The notes: generated by a model not told the origin, from the sequence alone. DNA of 63,085 nt, filler included, from Aduncisulcus paluster (GCA_024181965.1; 36 parts of 36 records of this genome joined end to end with filler, not necessarily neighbours in it); one strand, 5' to 3'; shown: positions 9,293-22,303, numbered from the whole stretch's first letter. A program made the numbers and translations.

Positions 9293-11941
9293 ACACTCAC
9301 AATAAGCTCCAGCACCTTCATTCTGACAAGAACCATGGCCACATTCGGGAGTACATACAGGATCGCTACATGTATCACCGCCCCAACCTGCGGAACAATA
9401 GATAACATCATTCACACAGATACCATGCCCGGCCTCCATATCAATGCATGCAACGGTATTGCAATCATCGCCAGTGTAACCGGCGTCACATTCACACACA
9501 TTTGCTTTTCCATCAATACTCGAGGAAATACAGGTTCCATTCACACAAATAGGATCACACGTGGGAGAAGTACAATCGGTGAGACCGAGCTCCCATCCAA
9601 GGTCACAGAGACAAGCACCTGTACCATCACCATTATCGACACATTCTCCATAGGGACCACAGGCATTCACAGCGTCGGGACATTGTGGAATAGAGCAATC
9701 AGAGCCACCCCAATGCTCCGCATTGCTACACTCACAGATAGGTACGGCTCCTTCAGTATTACAAGTACCATGGTCAGGATCACATGGAGGATCACATTGG
9801 CCTGCAACACAATCACCAGATAAAGGATCGACAGAGTAACCAAGCACACACTTACAAACGTGATCTTCAAGATCATCATCTGTGAGAACACACGCTCCAT
9901 CGCCACAGTTACCGTCACACGTGGGAATATTACAAGTTGTGCCAGTCCACGGAATACCTTCACAATCGCAAGAAAACACTCCATCATTCTCTGTACAACT
10001 TCCCCCATTTGAACATGCTGGAGTACAAGTTAGAACTTCACACTGATTTTCTCCGTTAAGAGTATAACCATAACTACACTTACATTCATGATTTCCAGTC
10101 TCAATATTTTCGACACAGGTTCCATAAGAACCACATCCATCTCCTAAATTACAAATAGGGATTTCACAAACATCTCCTGTCCAATATAGGGAAGGGCAGA
10201 CACAGGATTGCCCTGAACAATATCCACCATTCAGACAATCGAGTGTACACTCTCCTTGTGGGGGCGTATCACAAGAATCCCCTTCATAATTATCGGTGCA
10301 AACTAAGACACCATCGATGCACACACCGTGTAAAGTATTATATGTCCCACACCGATCCTCAGAACAGTCACTTCCAGTCCACTGGGAAAAACAGACACAT
10401 TCGGGCTCATCAGAATCATTTAAGATGCAATATCCATGTCCATTGCAATCACAATCAGGTATTTCACAGAAGTCTCCTGTCCAATCATCAGTACAGAAAC
10501 ACGAACCATTGTAGCAAACTCCACCATTAGCGCAAGGAGGACTACATGATTGTATTGTACATTCCATTTCAAAAGATTCGTTTTCATAACCGGAATCACA
10601 CACACATCCTGAAGTATCAGTCACAATATCGTATACACATGTGGCGTTGGCTCCACACAACGAATCACAGTCTGGTTTTATACATACCCGATCTTCAATT
10701 GAAGTAGATTCTTCGTCATCCCAGAGCCACCCATCATCACAGCTACAATAAGCAACATCAAGAATTGTAGAATACACACAAGATCCACTTCCACAATAAT
10801 TATTGCATGTAACCTCAGTACACTGTCCTGATGAGTCTTCTGCCCAATATTCCCAACAATTACAAAAGAAGTCAGTAGCATCGAGGCCACTGGCACAGTC
10901 TCCATTGATACAATCCATAGTACATCCGGTCACACTGTCACATTGTGACCATCCAAGGCTGTTAAATGTAGTATCTGTAGTTTCCCATCCTTCTAAGCAT
11001 TCACATTCGAATATTTCACCATTATATGTGCATTCTGAACCACCAATACCACAATCACAATCGGGAACTGAGCAGAAATTATCCTCACCTATTGCCCAAT
11101 TTTCATCACAGTAGCACTCAAATACTTCTCCATCAAAGTCATAAGTACATATTCCATGAAGACAGTCTCCTCCACATCCAGCGGGTTTTTGACAACTACC
11201 ATCATCATCTGCTTCCCAATCGGCAGATGAAGAACAATCACAATAGAAACTAGACTCCACATCGTCATAAGCACACGTACCATTGAGGCAAAGAGGCTCA
11301 CATCCCACAGGAGTATCACAAGCATCTCCATCCCATCCAGTATCACAACTGCAACCAAAATCTCCTTCATAATAAGAACAAGATCCATGCTCACAAGTGG
11401 AAACACAGCCAGTTGGGTCATTACAATTATCATAATCGGTGCCAAGATAATCCCAACCTGTTAGACACTCACAGGTCAGTTCGTCAGTCATACTGTTATA
11501 TGTCCAATTTCCATGGTTGCACCCTTCAAGACTAACAGGGGTATAACAAGGAACGATATCGCCCACAGCTGTACCTTCAATTACAGCTGAAGGAGTATGA
11601 GCCCAACCTTCATCGCAAATACAGACTCTAGTATCATCGACAAGAGCACAACCGTTTGCAGCAAAACCGCAGTCGGGACATTGAAGCTCATCACAAGCAT
11701 CTCCTGTCCAATAGGAATTTTCACAATCGCATTTATATGTTGACTCTAAAATACATTCCCCATGCACACAGTCATTGACACACGTTTGGCTACCACAGGA
11801 AGTTCCCTCCCATCCACTATCACAAACACATTCTACGTCAGAAAGGTCTTCTAAAAATAGACAAGTACCATGAGTTGTGCAGGTGGAACCACAATCTAAT
11901 ACAGTGCATCGATTATCATCATCCATTGTAAAAAAATCATC
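9293..11941 (-). CDS. Cysteine-rich multi-EGF-repeat (tenascin-like) eukaryotic surface protein, partial
   Basis: Over 20 repeats of C..GxC....CxCxxGWxGxxC; uninterrupted frame of about 880 aa. Confidence 0.9.
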
Positions 11942-12041
11942 NNNNNNNNNNNNNNNNNNNNNNNNNNNNNNNNNNNNNNNNNNNNTTAATTAATTAANNN
12001 NNNNNNNNNNNNNNNNNNNNNNNNNNNNNNNNNNNNNNNNN

Positions 12042-13959
12042 GTACGAATCACTGGCACATACAACATACCATGAACCAGACCCAGGTTTGGTCTCAGCAC
12101 AGACCTTGTTATCAGAAAGACTAGGAATGGGATCCGAGTCTGAACATCCGCAGGGTTGATTGGAAACATTTATGTTCAAGTCAGGAGAAGAACTAAAGAT
12201 ATCCTCAAAAATTGTCTGAAGATCATCTCCACAGATATAATTATTGGCCAAGTCAATGCTACTCCAAGAAGTATTGCTGGACAAAGCAAACAATGGGGAA
12301 GGATCAGAAATGGCACATCCTCTTGCATTGAGAGAGGTTAAATTTGTAAGACCAGAAGAGACAATAGGAGTAAGGGATGCAAGAAGAGGATTTAAGCTGA
12401 TATTAAGAATGGTCAAAGTTTCTGCTTGAATTGAGAGGTCTGGAATTGTTTGTAAATTACAATTGAGCAATGAAAGGGCTTCTAGATTTGGCATTTCAGC
12501 AAGAATGTCAGGATAATTCTCAAATGTATCAATTGGAGAACTTCTCCACGAGAAATTTTTCATATTTTCCTTTTGACTTGTTGTCAATGAATCAATTGAT
12601 GTGAGTAAATTGTTGTCTCCTCCAATAACAAGTTGTTCAATATCAGGAAGATATCCATTACCGACATTCTTAGCAAACCCATCATTATTCACATTTGAAA
12701 AGGTACAATGAAAGCCTTTGAGTGATGTGGGGAGGATATATTCCTCAGAAGGAAGAATTATTGAGGTTTTCAAAATTGCCAAAACCTCCAAAGATGTTAA
12801 TGAAGTGATGTTGGGCAAATAAGAAAGACTTGAATTCCTACTTAAATTTAATTCTACTAAATTCGTGAGAGTTGATAATAAATCAAGATGAATATCATCC
12901 GAATCAGCAGAAAAAACACTGGAGAAATCAATCAATTTAATCCCGCCAAGGTGCTCAATACCTGATAAATCATCGATAGGAAGAGATGAATCATTATATT
13001 GAATCTGAGGATAATATTGAGAGTCCATGGACACAGAAACCAGAGTTTTTAGAGAAGCAACACTGAAAAGGGAAGGAGTGTCGGCTGTTCGATGGATATA
13101 GTTTACAGTTCCATCATAATCATTAAATAAATCAGCTACATAATCATGCAAGTTATTATCAACTATCACTTGCTGACACTCTCCAGTAGAATATGTAACA
13201 CCATCAATCACTTCATCACCAAGATATCTACACTCATATCCATATTCACATCCTCCAGAACAGTTCGTGGTTTGGGATGTTGTTTGCATGCATGTAAAGT
13301 CCTCAGCAGATGTGTATGACGTGTATGAATCACTGGCACATACAACATACCATGAACCAGATCCAGGAAGAGTCTCAGCACAGACCTTGTTGTCAGTAAT
13401 CGGAGTGCATGAGGAATCAGAGGTATATGCGATCGAAGAACAACCAGTAGAGTCACACGTTTGATTAGTTGCAAGATCAGATCCAAGATCAAGACTAAAC
13501 CCAGCAACTCCATGATTCTTGAACTTCTCAGCAAGATCTTCAGTGGACTCGGAGGAACCACACAGATCTTATTGCCAACAACAGAAATGGTCAGCAGGTT
13601 CGGCAAGGAATACAATGGGGAAAGGTCTGAAATGGAACAGTTGGTACAGATAAACGTTTCGAGATAGATGAGTTCACTTGAAATGATTGGATAGACAGAT
13701 GAGATGCCCCCATTGTTCGAGAGGTCTATGAAGGTCAGATAAGCTGAGGAGGCGGAGAAGTCAGGAATGGAAGACAAACCAATATTGTCAAACTTGACAC
13801 TATGCAACGAAGACATGGCATTAAGAGTGAGCTGAAGGTCTGAAATTGAAGTCGTGTCAGCAATGTACAGTGTCTCCAGGGATGTACTAAGAGAATCAAT
13901 CGAAGTGATAGATGTTGTGTTTCCAAGATCAATCATCTTCAAACCACTAAGGTGACTCG
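12042..13959 (-). CDS. Eukaryotic LRR protein with repeated Cys-rich module; frameshift near 13560
   Basis: LxxLxLxxN repeats; module NKVCAET.PGSGSWYVVCASDSY occurs twice; frame switches at ATC TGT GT GGT. Confidence 0.8.
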
Positions 13960-14059
13960 NNNNNNNNNNNNNNNNNNNNNNNNNNNNNNNNNNNNNNNNN
14001 NNNTTAATTAATTAANNNNNNNNNNNNNNNNNNNNNNNNNNNNNNNNNNNNNNNNNNNN

Positions 14060-15067
14060 AGACAAACTGATGAAACAGCAACCGAAGAAGAGGCTTCAGT
14101 GAGAACTACCGGCTTCTCTAGATCAATCAGTACCCTTGGAACACCCTCAGCATCTTCGAGACCTACCCATAACCATCATAATCGCTCACTCTCCATGCAA
14201 TCCAATGAACAGCTCCACATAGGCTCGACACAGATAACCCCTCCAAGGCCAAGATCCTCTACAGCACCCAGGATTAGACGCCGAACCCCCCCACAAGGAA
14301 TAATAATCTCTGAACGTAGTCCCAGCATCCACATTGATACAAGAGAAAGACACCTACCCCCACTAGTCACGACAGAAAACATAACTTCACAGCAATCCGC
14401 ATCAATGATCACCTCCATTACCTCACCTTCCACTGCATCCTCCTCCTCTCCATCATCATCCCCCTCCCCATCATCATCAGCAACCCAATCTTATGATTAC
14501 GGTACCGAGTACTCATACGATACCCAGACTAGATCAGCTACAATTTCCATTATCGAAGAACAATCTGTCCACCCCGATCGTCTCCAGACTCGCTCTGAAA
14601 CAGAGACTCATGACCGGAGCCCAATACATACATTATATGAAACTTCGACACCCCCAACAGCTTCCCCAATTCAAACACTTCCATCACCACACTCCTTTCA
14701 GGATCATACTATCATCGAAGAACAACACACTCATTCCGATCGTCCCCAGAATCGATCTGAAACAGAGATGCGTGATCGGAGCCCAATACAGGCAACATAT
14801 GAAACTTCGAGAATCCCAACAGACTCCCCCATTCAATCACGACCAAGTCCCGTTGCAGTGCCTCCTCATACCACCACCAATATGTCACCGGTACAAGTGG
14901 ACATATCCCCAACAGCCCCTCTGATACCGGAAAACATCCAACAAGAGCCAGCGTCAACACATATTCAGACTCAGACTGAGACTATCGACGATCATCGAAG
15001 CGTAGAAGAAGCTGTACCAGAAATTAGATCCTCCCACATCCATGTTGTTCCCGAAAGAGTACGATAC
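14060..15067 (+). CDS. Ser/Thr/Pro-rich low-complexity eukaryotic protein, partial, with internal duplication
   Basis: Open frame across the whole contig; IIEEQ...DR.Q.RSETE..DRSPI...YETS twice. Confidence 0.65.
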
Positions 15068-17092
15068 NNNNNNNNNNNNNNNNNNNNNNNNNNNNNNNNN
15101 NNNNNNNNNNNTTAATTAATTAANNNNNNNNNNNNNNNNNNNNNNNNNNNNNNNNNNNNNNNNNNNNCTTCTCAAAGATCGTGAGCGACAGCGAAATCGA
15201 GATCGATCGCCCAACTCGGTTTCTCTGCAACAAGAGGCTGAAAGGATATTCTGTGATCAACAGGGACGCTTAAATGTTACCCCTATCTCTCTGTCGACCA
15301 CTGGAGTATTCCACCCCAGTTCCCTCAACTTCCTCCTTGCCTTCTCTAGGGCTTATGGAAACAAGACGAAAATGCACACCTCTGATGGACACTCTGTGTT
15401 CATGAAGCCCCTGAAATTCTTCTTTGCGAAGGCTGCTATTGCCATTGGAAAGAGAATAGCTCACGCCCATTTGACTACGTCTCTGGGTCGGGTTGCTGGC
15501 GGAGGCTTCTGCACTTCGTCTCGGAAGTAATAAGGGTGCTGGTGGTGACAGTCTGATGCTGCAGTATTTGCAGTTACCTGACTTCTGATGTTACCCTAAT
15601 GTGATTACTTTGAGTAGTTACCCATTTCGATCCATCAGCATATTTTGATATTCTCCATTAAACTGAAGTGAACTATACCTACATTCTCTAATACCCAATT
15701 TTTAATCAATACTTGGTTTCATTGCTTCCTATTCACTCTTGACTCCTTTCTAAAATGACTTAGCTTATTTCATGTTTCAGGGCTTGGACCTGCGAGGGGA
15801 TTAAGCTTATTCCCCTCGTTTTTGGAAAAATTTGGCCTTATTCCCCTCGTTTTCGAAATTTTGACAAAACATGACATGTTTTGAACGATTTTCGTTGCAC
15901 TAGATCGAATCACAATTTAATTCTTGATTCTCATTAATGGTTACCAAATTTTAATAATAATTATCAACTCTACATGTTGTATATTGGGTTGTTTATTGTA
16001 TTGTTGATTGAATTGCACTCCACTTGTGACTGAAGACAATTTCCAGACCAACTGAAACAAGACAAAGCACAAAACTATATCATAACTTTATTCATCATGA
16101 TACTTTTAGCCCTTTTGTCTGCAGATCCTGGAAATCGATTCTGGACTATGATTTCCTGGTTCAAAAGCACTGAGTCAACCTAGAGCTGATACTGACACTA
16201 ATTTTCCAGGAAAGTGTTCAACAGCTCCAACTTCTCCCTTTAAATGAAATTTCAATGAATGAGAGAAAGTAGGGATTAAGTTACTCTTGTTGGCGGAGAA
16301 ACAATGATTCTAATTGTAAAATTGATGCTATTCATTTGTATTTTTGCTTCAATATTCATAATTTTCGCACATAATTCTACAATTCTATTCAAACCAGGAA
16401 GCATGAGTCATGTCTTTCAAAACAACCACAGAACAATCATATCCACGGTGAGTAGAACATTAATTGGACTTAGTAGAGCATTTATTCTTCCAAATTAAGC
16501 TATTTCTGTGACATTTGGAAAATGTAAATCTAAAAATAGATTTTCTAAAAATAGAAATGACATTTTTGTAATGCCGTTATTTTTCCATTATTTTCATCTC
16601 TCAGTGAGGTTAAAATCAAACTTTTCTCTTCAGTTTCTCATCAATTAGTAAACGGTCATAATCCAAGGTTTTTACAATTCCAGCCTTTTTGCAATCCCTT
16701 TAACAACATCGCTTTCTATGTTATGGATGTCTCTCGAGGTGGATTGCTCTCTTGATGTCAGATTAAGGTTTCCCACATCCTTTCTTTGGCGGCATTTCAG
16801 GCTGATTTCAATCTATTTTAAGGTCTGTTCAAAGACTCATTTATTCAAAAATCTAGATCTATTCACCTTTCTCTCCATTCATGCATATTAACTCCACTTT
16901 GTCCCAATGGTATAGTTGACATAACCGTTCTTGCTGCAACGAATTCATCTGTCGGCAGAAACACAAGAGAATAAATACCTTAATCCATTCGGGACCATTG
17001 CAATGGAAGTTACATCTTCACCTCTAATGCCTCGATGAGAAAGATCAGTGAATATCTCTATGATCCAGTATTCTAACTCATCAATATATCCA

Positions 17093-18119
17093 TTATTCTT
17101 CTTTCTCCCTATCCAATCCTCTCGATTCAAGATAATCCCGAGATTCAATAGAACTCTGCTTGGTTGAAGAGATACTCAAAGAATCATATTCATCTGTTAA
17201 TGTAATTATGGAATGTGAACCACTACTTGTTCCTCTTTCACGTTCATCTTTATGTAACATATAAGAAGGCATATCTCTGTTATCCTTTTCAGTGCTTTGA
17301 AGTTTTGAAGACATTGATAATATTGATTGAGTTCCATGTCCCATATCTCTTCCACTTTGTTCTTCACTTTCTTTTTCACTCTCATCATGATCTCTATCAT
17401 CAATAATATCATGTGATTTAATTGTAGATTCTTGTACTTCCTCACGACTCATTGGACCACCAATAATAGTTCCAGAATCAAAATATTTCTGTTTTTGTTC
17501 TATGATAATATCATCAATAGATGGACATTCAAATCCTTCTCCAATCTCTGGCAGTAAATGTTTGATGCTTTGCACTTTCTTACGAGCTTTATGGACACTC
17601 ATACGTTTGTCAACATCGAGTTGGGTGAGTCCTGTGAAAACTTCATTCAAACATTCATGAACAGGTTGGAATTTACCTCCTTCAAGGGTTAATAATGATT
17701 TAAACAAATGAGATTGACTAAGTTTTGGACACATATTCTTTTCCATCAGACCCATTAATACTCCCATAATCTCTAAATTAATCCTATCTCCCATGTATTT
17801 CTTAATGACTTCTCTGAATATGGGCAATGAAACAAAAGGATGTTCACAAAAGAATAAAGCGAGAATAGACATTCCAAGAGAATATCCATCACTCTTCTGA
17901 GATTGCTTGCCAGCTAAAAGGGTTTCATAAGAGTTGTATACAAGAGTTCCACATTTAGATGTGTTTTGATTTGAAGTTTCCTTTTTTTCTTTCTTTTCAA
18001 ACTCAACGGGCTGAAACGAACTTGATTTGGTAGTTGTTGAAGATGATATGGAATCTAAGATCTGTGCCAATCCAAGATCAGAGAGAACAACAGTGCATTT
18101 CTTTGAATCAGGATCAACA
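17093..18119 (-). CDS. Atypical eukaryotic protein kinase, C-lobe and tail
   Basis: VVLSDLGLA (DFG equivalent), CGTLVYNSYE (APE equivalent), KSDGYSLG (subdomain IX), KRMS (subdomain XI). Confidence 0.8.
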
Positions 18120-18219
18120 NNNNNNNNNNNNNNNNNNNNNNNNNNNNNNNNNNNNNNNNNNNNTTAATTAATTAANNNNNNNNNNNNNNNNNNNNNNNNN
18201 NNNNNNNNNNNNNNNNNNN

Positions 18220-19346
18220 GAATTAAATCAGCACTTAATACAATTAGATATTGTATAGATAATGATTGTGCTGTTATTATTGCATCGCATTTTGGAAGAC
18301 CAAAAAAAGGTTATGAAGAAAAATACTCTTTAAAACCAATTGCCAAAAGACTACACACTCTTTTAAAGCAAGAGATCAAAATGGCTCCAAATGTTGTATG
18401 TGATGAAACAATCTCAATTGCAAATGATCTACAAAGTGGAGAAATTTTACTTTTGGAAAATATGAGATTTGAACCAGGTGAGACAAACAATGATCCAGTT
18501 TTAGCAAAAACATTAGCTGATATGGCAGATGTTTTTATCAACGATGCTTTTGGTGTTTCTCATAGAGCTCATGCCTCAGTTGAAGGTATTGCAAAACATT
18601 TTGATATTGAACATAAAGCAGCTGGTTTTTTACTAGCAAAAGAGATAAAGTTTTTTTACCATATTATTGAAGCACCAAAACGACCATTTGTATCGATTGT
18701 TGGTGGTTCTAAAGTATCAGGAAAACTTGAAGCACTTCGTAATCTTGTACCAAAAGTTGATAAAATAATTATTGGTGGTGGTATGGCATTTACTTTTCTC
18801 AAAGCTCTTGGTTATGAAATAGGAAATTCACTTGTAGAAGATGAGCTTATTCCTGAAGCACTTACTATTATGGAAGAAGCTAAAAAATTGGGTGTAAAAT
18901 TTTATTTACCTGTAGATGTAATAGCTGCTGAAGCTTTTGATAGTGAAGCATTTGCAAAAGCTGTAACAATTCAAGAGATTCCAAAAGGGTGGATGGGATT
19001 AGATATCGGACCTGCTACATCTACACTATTTGCTCAAGCATTAGAAGATGCACATACTATTTTATGGAATGGACCAATGGGTGTTTATGAGATGGATAAG
19101 TTTGCAAAAGGAAGTACAAAAATTTCTCATGCAGTTGCTTCTTCGTATGCTACAACTGTTGTAGGTGGTGGAGATACTGCCGATTTAGTACGACGAACTG
19201 GNNNNNNNNNNNNNNNNNNNNNNNNNNNNNNNNNNNNNNNNNNNNNNNNNNNNNNNNNNNNNNNNNNNNNNNNNNNNNNNNNNNCTTTAGAATTAATAGA
19301 GGGTAAAGTTTTACCAGGTGTTAAAGCACTTATTATTGAAAAGTAA
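18220..19346 (+). CDS. pgk: Phosphoglycerate kinase, 5' truncated
   Basis: [43 protein letters not shown]. Confidence 0.97.
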
Positions 19347-19358
19347 ACTAAATAATTG

Positions 19359-19611
19359 ATGAGAATATTACTAAATGGAGTAGGGCGTATTGGCAAAGCA
19401 ATTTTAAGAATTGCTGAGTCTAAAAGTAGTTTTGAAATAGTTGCAATAAATGAGTTAAATACAAATATTAAAAATATAGCATATTCTATTAATTATGATT
19501 CAACTTATGGAAAAATTGAAGATAAATATAAAGTTGATGGCGATTGTATTATCAACAGTAAAAGTACCATACATATTTTTAATTGTGAAAATATTTTAGA
19601 TATAAATTTAG
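19359..19611 (+). CDS. GAPDH-family dehydrogenase, N-terminus
   Basis: ILLNGVGRIGK, IVAINE, YDSTYG. Confidence 0.85.
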
Positions 19612-19768
19612 NNNNNNNNNNNNNNNNNNNNNNNNNNNNNNNNNNNNNNNNNNNNTTAATTAATTAANNNNNNNNNNNNNNNNNNNNNNNNNNNNNNNNN
19701 NNNNNNNNNNNAAAAGAGATAATAAGCGTAAAAGAGTTAATGGATAAACTAACTAACGGCGAATAACT

Positions 19769-21235
19769 TTGAATAAGTTTTGCAAGACTTTTTTAGTTAT
19801 TATATTATTATCACAATCTTTATTTGCTGTAGGAAGTAAATATTATCAAGAGAAGTTTGATACTACAAAAAAACTTTATCTTGGTTCTATTATGTCTAAC
19901 AATAAGGCAAAAGAGATTGAATATTTAAAAAAATTAATCCGTTATGGTGATAAATTAAATGTAAACACTTTAAAGTATAAAAGAGAACTAAACAGATTAG
20001 ATGATACAGCTGTTATAAAAAATAGAACAACCCAATCAGTAATTAAATTTAAACCTAAAAAACAAGTTGTTCAAAAGAAAAAAGTACAAACAAGAAAAAA
20101 AACTCAAACTACGCAATCTTCAAATAGTAAAAAATACTCTATTACATCTGTGATACAAAAAGACAATTCGATAATTATTAATTTCAATAAAAATATTACT
20201 AGTTCTTATATAAAATTTAGTGAACATAAAAAAGGCAACTTTTATTATGATGAATTTCTATTTAAAGGCAATTTTAAAGATGCTTATCCAACTAAACTTT
20301 CGATGAGAGGTGTTTATAAAATAAGTGTTTACCAAAAAAAAGTTGATCTCTTATCTATTACTTTAAAAAATAAACAGAACCTTAAAACAATTTATATTAT
20401 TAATAAACGACAAATTATTATAAAAGTATTGAATTTAGATAAAAAAACTGTATCAACATCAAATAAAAAGCAATATAAAACAAATAGAAATATTTTATAT
20501 CCTGCTAAAAAAGTTATCGTTATAGACCCAGGTCATGGAGGTCACGATGGTGGTGCTAGTTACAAAAGAAAAAGATTTGAAAAAAACATCACATTGAATA
20601 TAAGTAAATACCTTAAAAAAGAGCTAGAAACTTTTGGTTTTAAAGTATATTTAACAAGAAAAAAAGATCGATATTTAAAATTATCATATAGAACAAAATA
20701 TGCGAATAGTAAGCATGCTGACATTTTTATTTCAATTCATGCAAATGCTGCACGAAAAAGTCGTGCACATAAAGCACATGGCGTTGAGTCGTATTTTTTA
20801 TCACCTGCTAGAAGTGCTAGAGCTAAAAGGGTAGCAGCACTAGAAAATAAAGGTGATATGACTGGAATGGGATNNNNNNNNNNNNNNNNNNNNNNNNNNN
20901 NNNNNNNNNNNNNNNNNNNNNNNNNNNNNNNNNNNNNNNNNNNNNNNNNNNNNNNNNNNNNNNNNNNNNNNNNNNNNNNNNNNNNNNNNNNNNNNNNNNN
21001 NNNNNNNNNNNNNNNNNNNNNNNNNNNNNNNNNNNNNNNNNNNNNNNNNNNNNNNNGAGGAGTGAGAGAAGGACCATTTTGGGTATTAGTTGGTGCTCAA
21101 ATGCCATCTGTTTTAGTTGAAGTTGGTTATATATCTCATCCAAAAGAGGGATATAGAATCTCCACAAAAGCATACCAAAAATTAATAGCAAAAGGTATAG
21201 CAAAAGGTATAGAGAGTTATTTTATAAAAAACTAA
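19769..21235 (+). CDS. amiA: N-acetylmuramoyl-L-alanine amidase (Amidase_3)
   Basis: Signal peptide; IVIDPGHGG, FISIHANA, MPSVLVEVGYISH. Confidence 0.9.
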   Translation: MNKFCKTFLVIILLSQSLFAVGSKYYQEKFDTTKKLYLGSIMSNNKAKEIEYLKKLIRYGDKLNVNTLKYKRELNRLDDTAVIKNRTTQSVIKFKPKKQVVQKKKVQTRKKTQTTQSSNSKKYSITSVIQKDNSIIINFNKNITSSYIKFSEHKKGNFYYDEFLFKGNFKDAYPTKLSMRGVYKISVYQKKVDLLSITLKNKQNLKTIYIINKRQIIIKVLNLDKKTVSTSNKKQYKTNRNILYPAKKVIVIDPGHGGHDGGASYKRKRFEKNITLNISKYLKKELETFGFKVYLTRKKDRYLKLSYRTKYANSKHADIFISIHANAARKSRAHKAHGVESYFLSPARSARAKRVAALENKGDMTGMGXXXXXXXXXXXXXXXXXXXXXXXXXXXXXXXXXXXXXXXXXXXXXXXXXXXXXXXXXXXXXXGVREGPFWVLVGAQMPSVLVEVGYISHPKEGYRISTKAYQKLIAKGIAKGIESYFIKN

Positions 21236-21303
21236 TGTTTAATTAACCATATTTTAATAAAATTTCACTATAATACGCCACTAAATTAAAACAAGGAAAC
21301 ACA

Positions 21304-21434
21304 ATGTTACAAGGTATACTTAGAGATAGTATCGTAAAACAATCAACAAAACAACTAAGACGAGATGGTTATCTAATTGCTAACATTTATGGAAAAGGTT
21401 GCGAAAATATTAATGCAGCTTTTAAATTAAATGA
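21304..21434 (+). CDS. rplY: 50S ribosomal protein L25, N-terminus
   Basis: MLQGILR...[17 protein letters not shown]. Confidence 0.85.
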
Positions 21435-21534
21435 NNNNNNNNNNNNNNNNNNNNNNNNNNNNNNNNNNNNNNNNNNNNTTAATTAATTAANNNNNNNNNN
21501 NNNNNNNNNNNNNNNNNNNNNNNNNNNNNNNNNN

Positions 21535-22303
21535 GAAGTACCGCACCGAGTTCGCACAGGGAATTGCCATTACGTCGTCTATACATCCGACACCCGAAAC
21601 GCACGTCGAGGCTTGCCATTACGGCAAGGGTTCCAACGCGATGCATCTGATGGCGGTACCCCTGATCGACGGAGAGCGCCATCGGTTGTTGCGCTTCCTG
21701 CTGTTCTGTCTGCGGCATCCCGTGAGGCTGTTGCACAGCCTCTGGGTCCGGCGCGCGTCGGAGAAGACCATCTCGTTGTTGGTGATGCAGGCGGCCGACA
21801 ACTCGTTGACCACTTACCGCAAACGCGGACTGTTTGGAACCAAACTCACCTCGAAACAAGGTCGCGGAGAGCCGAATCCGGTATGGATCCCCGACGGACA
21901 CGACGTGGCCCGGCGAGTCGCCGAGAAGATCGGCGGTTACGCGGAAGGCACCGCGGGCGATTTGGTGAAGGTCCCGATGACCGGGCATTTCATCGGTGGG
22001 GTGACGATCGGCGAGGACGCCGACCACGGGGTCGTCGATCCGTATCAGCGACTCTATGGTTATCCCGGCCTGCATGTGGTCGACGGCTCCACCATCACGG
22101 CCAATCTCGGCGTCAATCCGTCACTGACCATTACCGCTCAATCCGAGCGTGCGATGGCGTTCTGGCCCAACAAGGGCCAGGCCGACCCGCGCCCCCCGCT
22201 CGGTTCTCCCTATCGCCGAATCAGGCCCGTTCAGCCGAGCATGCCAGCCGTACCGGCCTCGGCGGTCGGTGCCTTGCATCTACCGCTGGCGGACATCTCG
22301 TGA
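21535..22303 (+). CDS. choD: Cholesterol oxidase / GMC oxidoreductase, 3' part (mycobacterial)
   Basis: TGHFIGG, GVVDPYQRLYGYPGLHVVDGS, NLGVNPSLTITAQSERAM. Confidence 0.85.

Noticed and set aside
16620-17090. Possible gene downstream of the kinase
   Set aside because: Only short stop-interrupted fragments with no recognisable motif.
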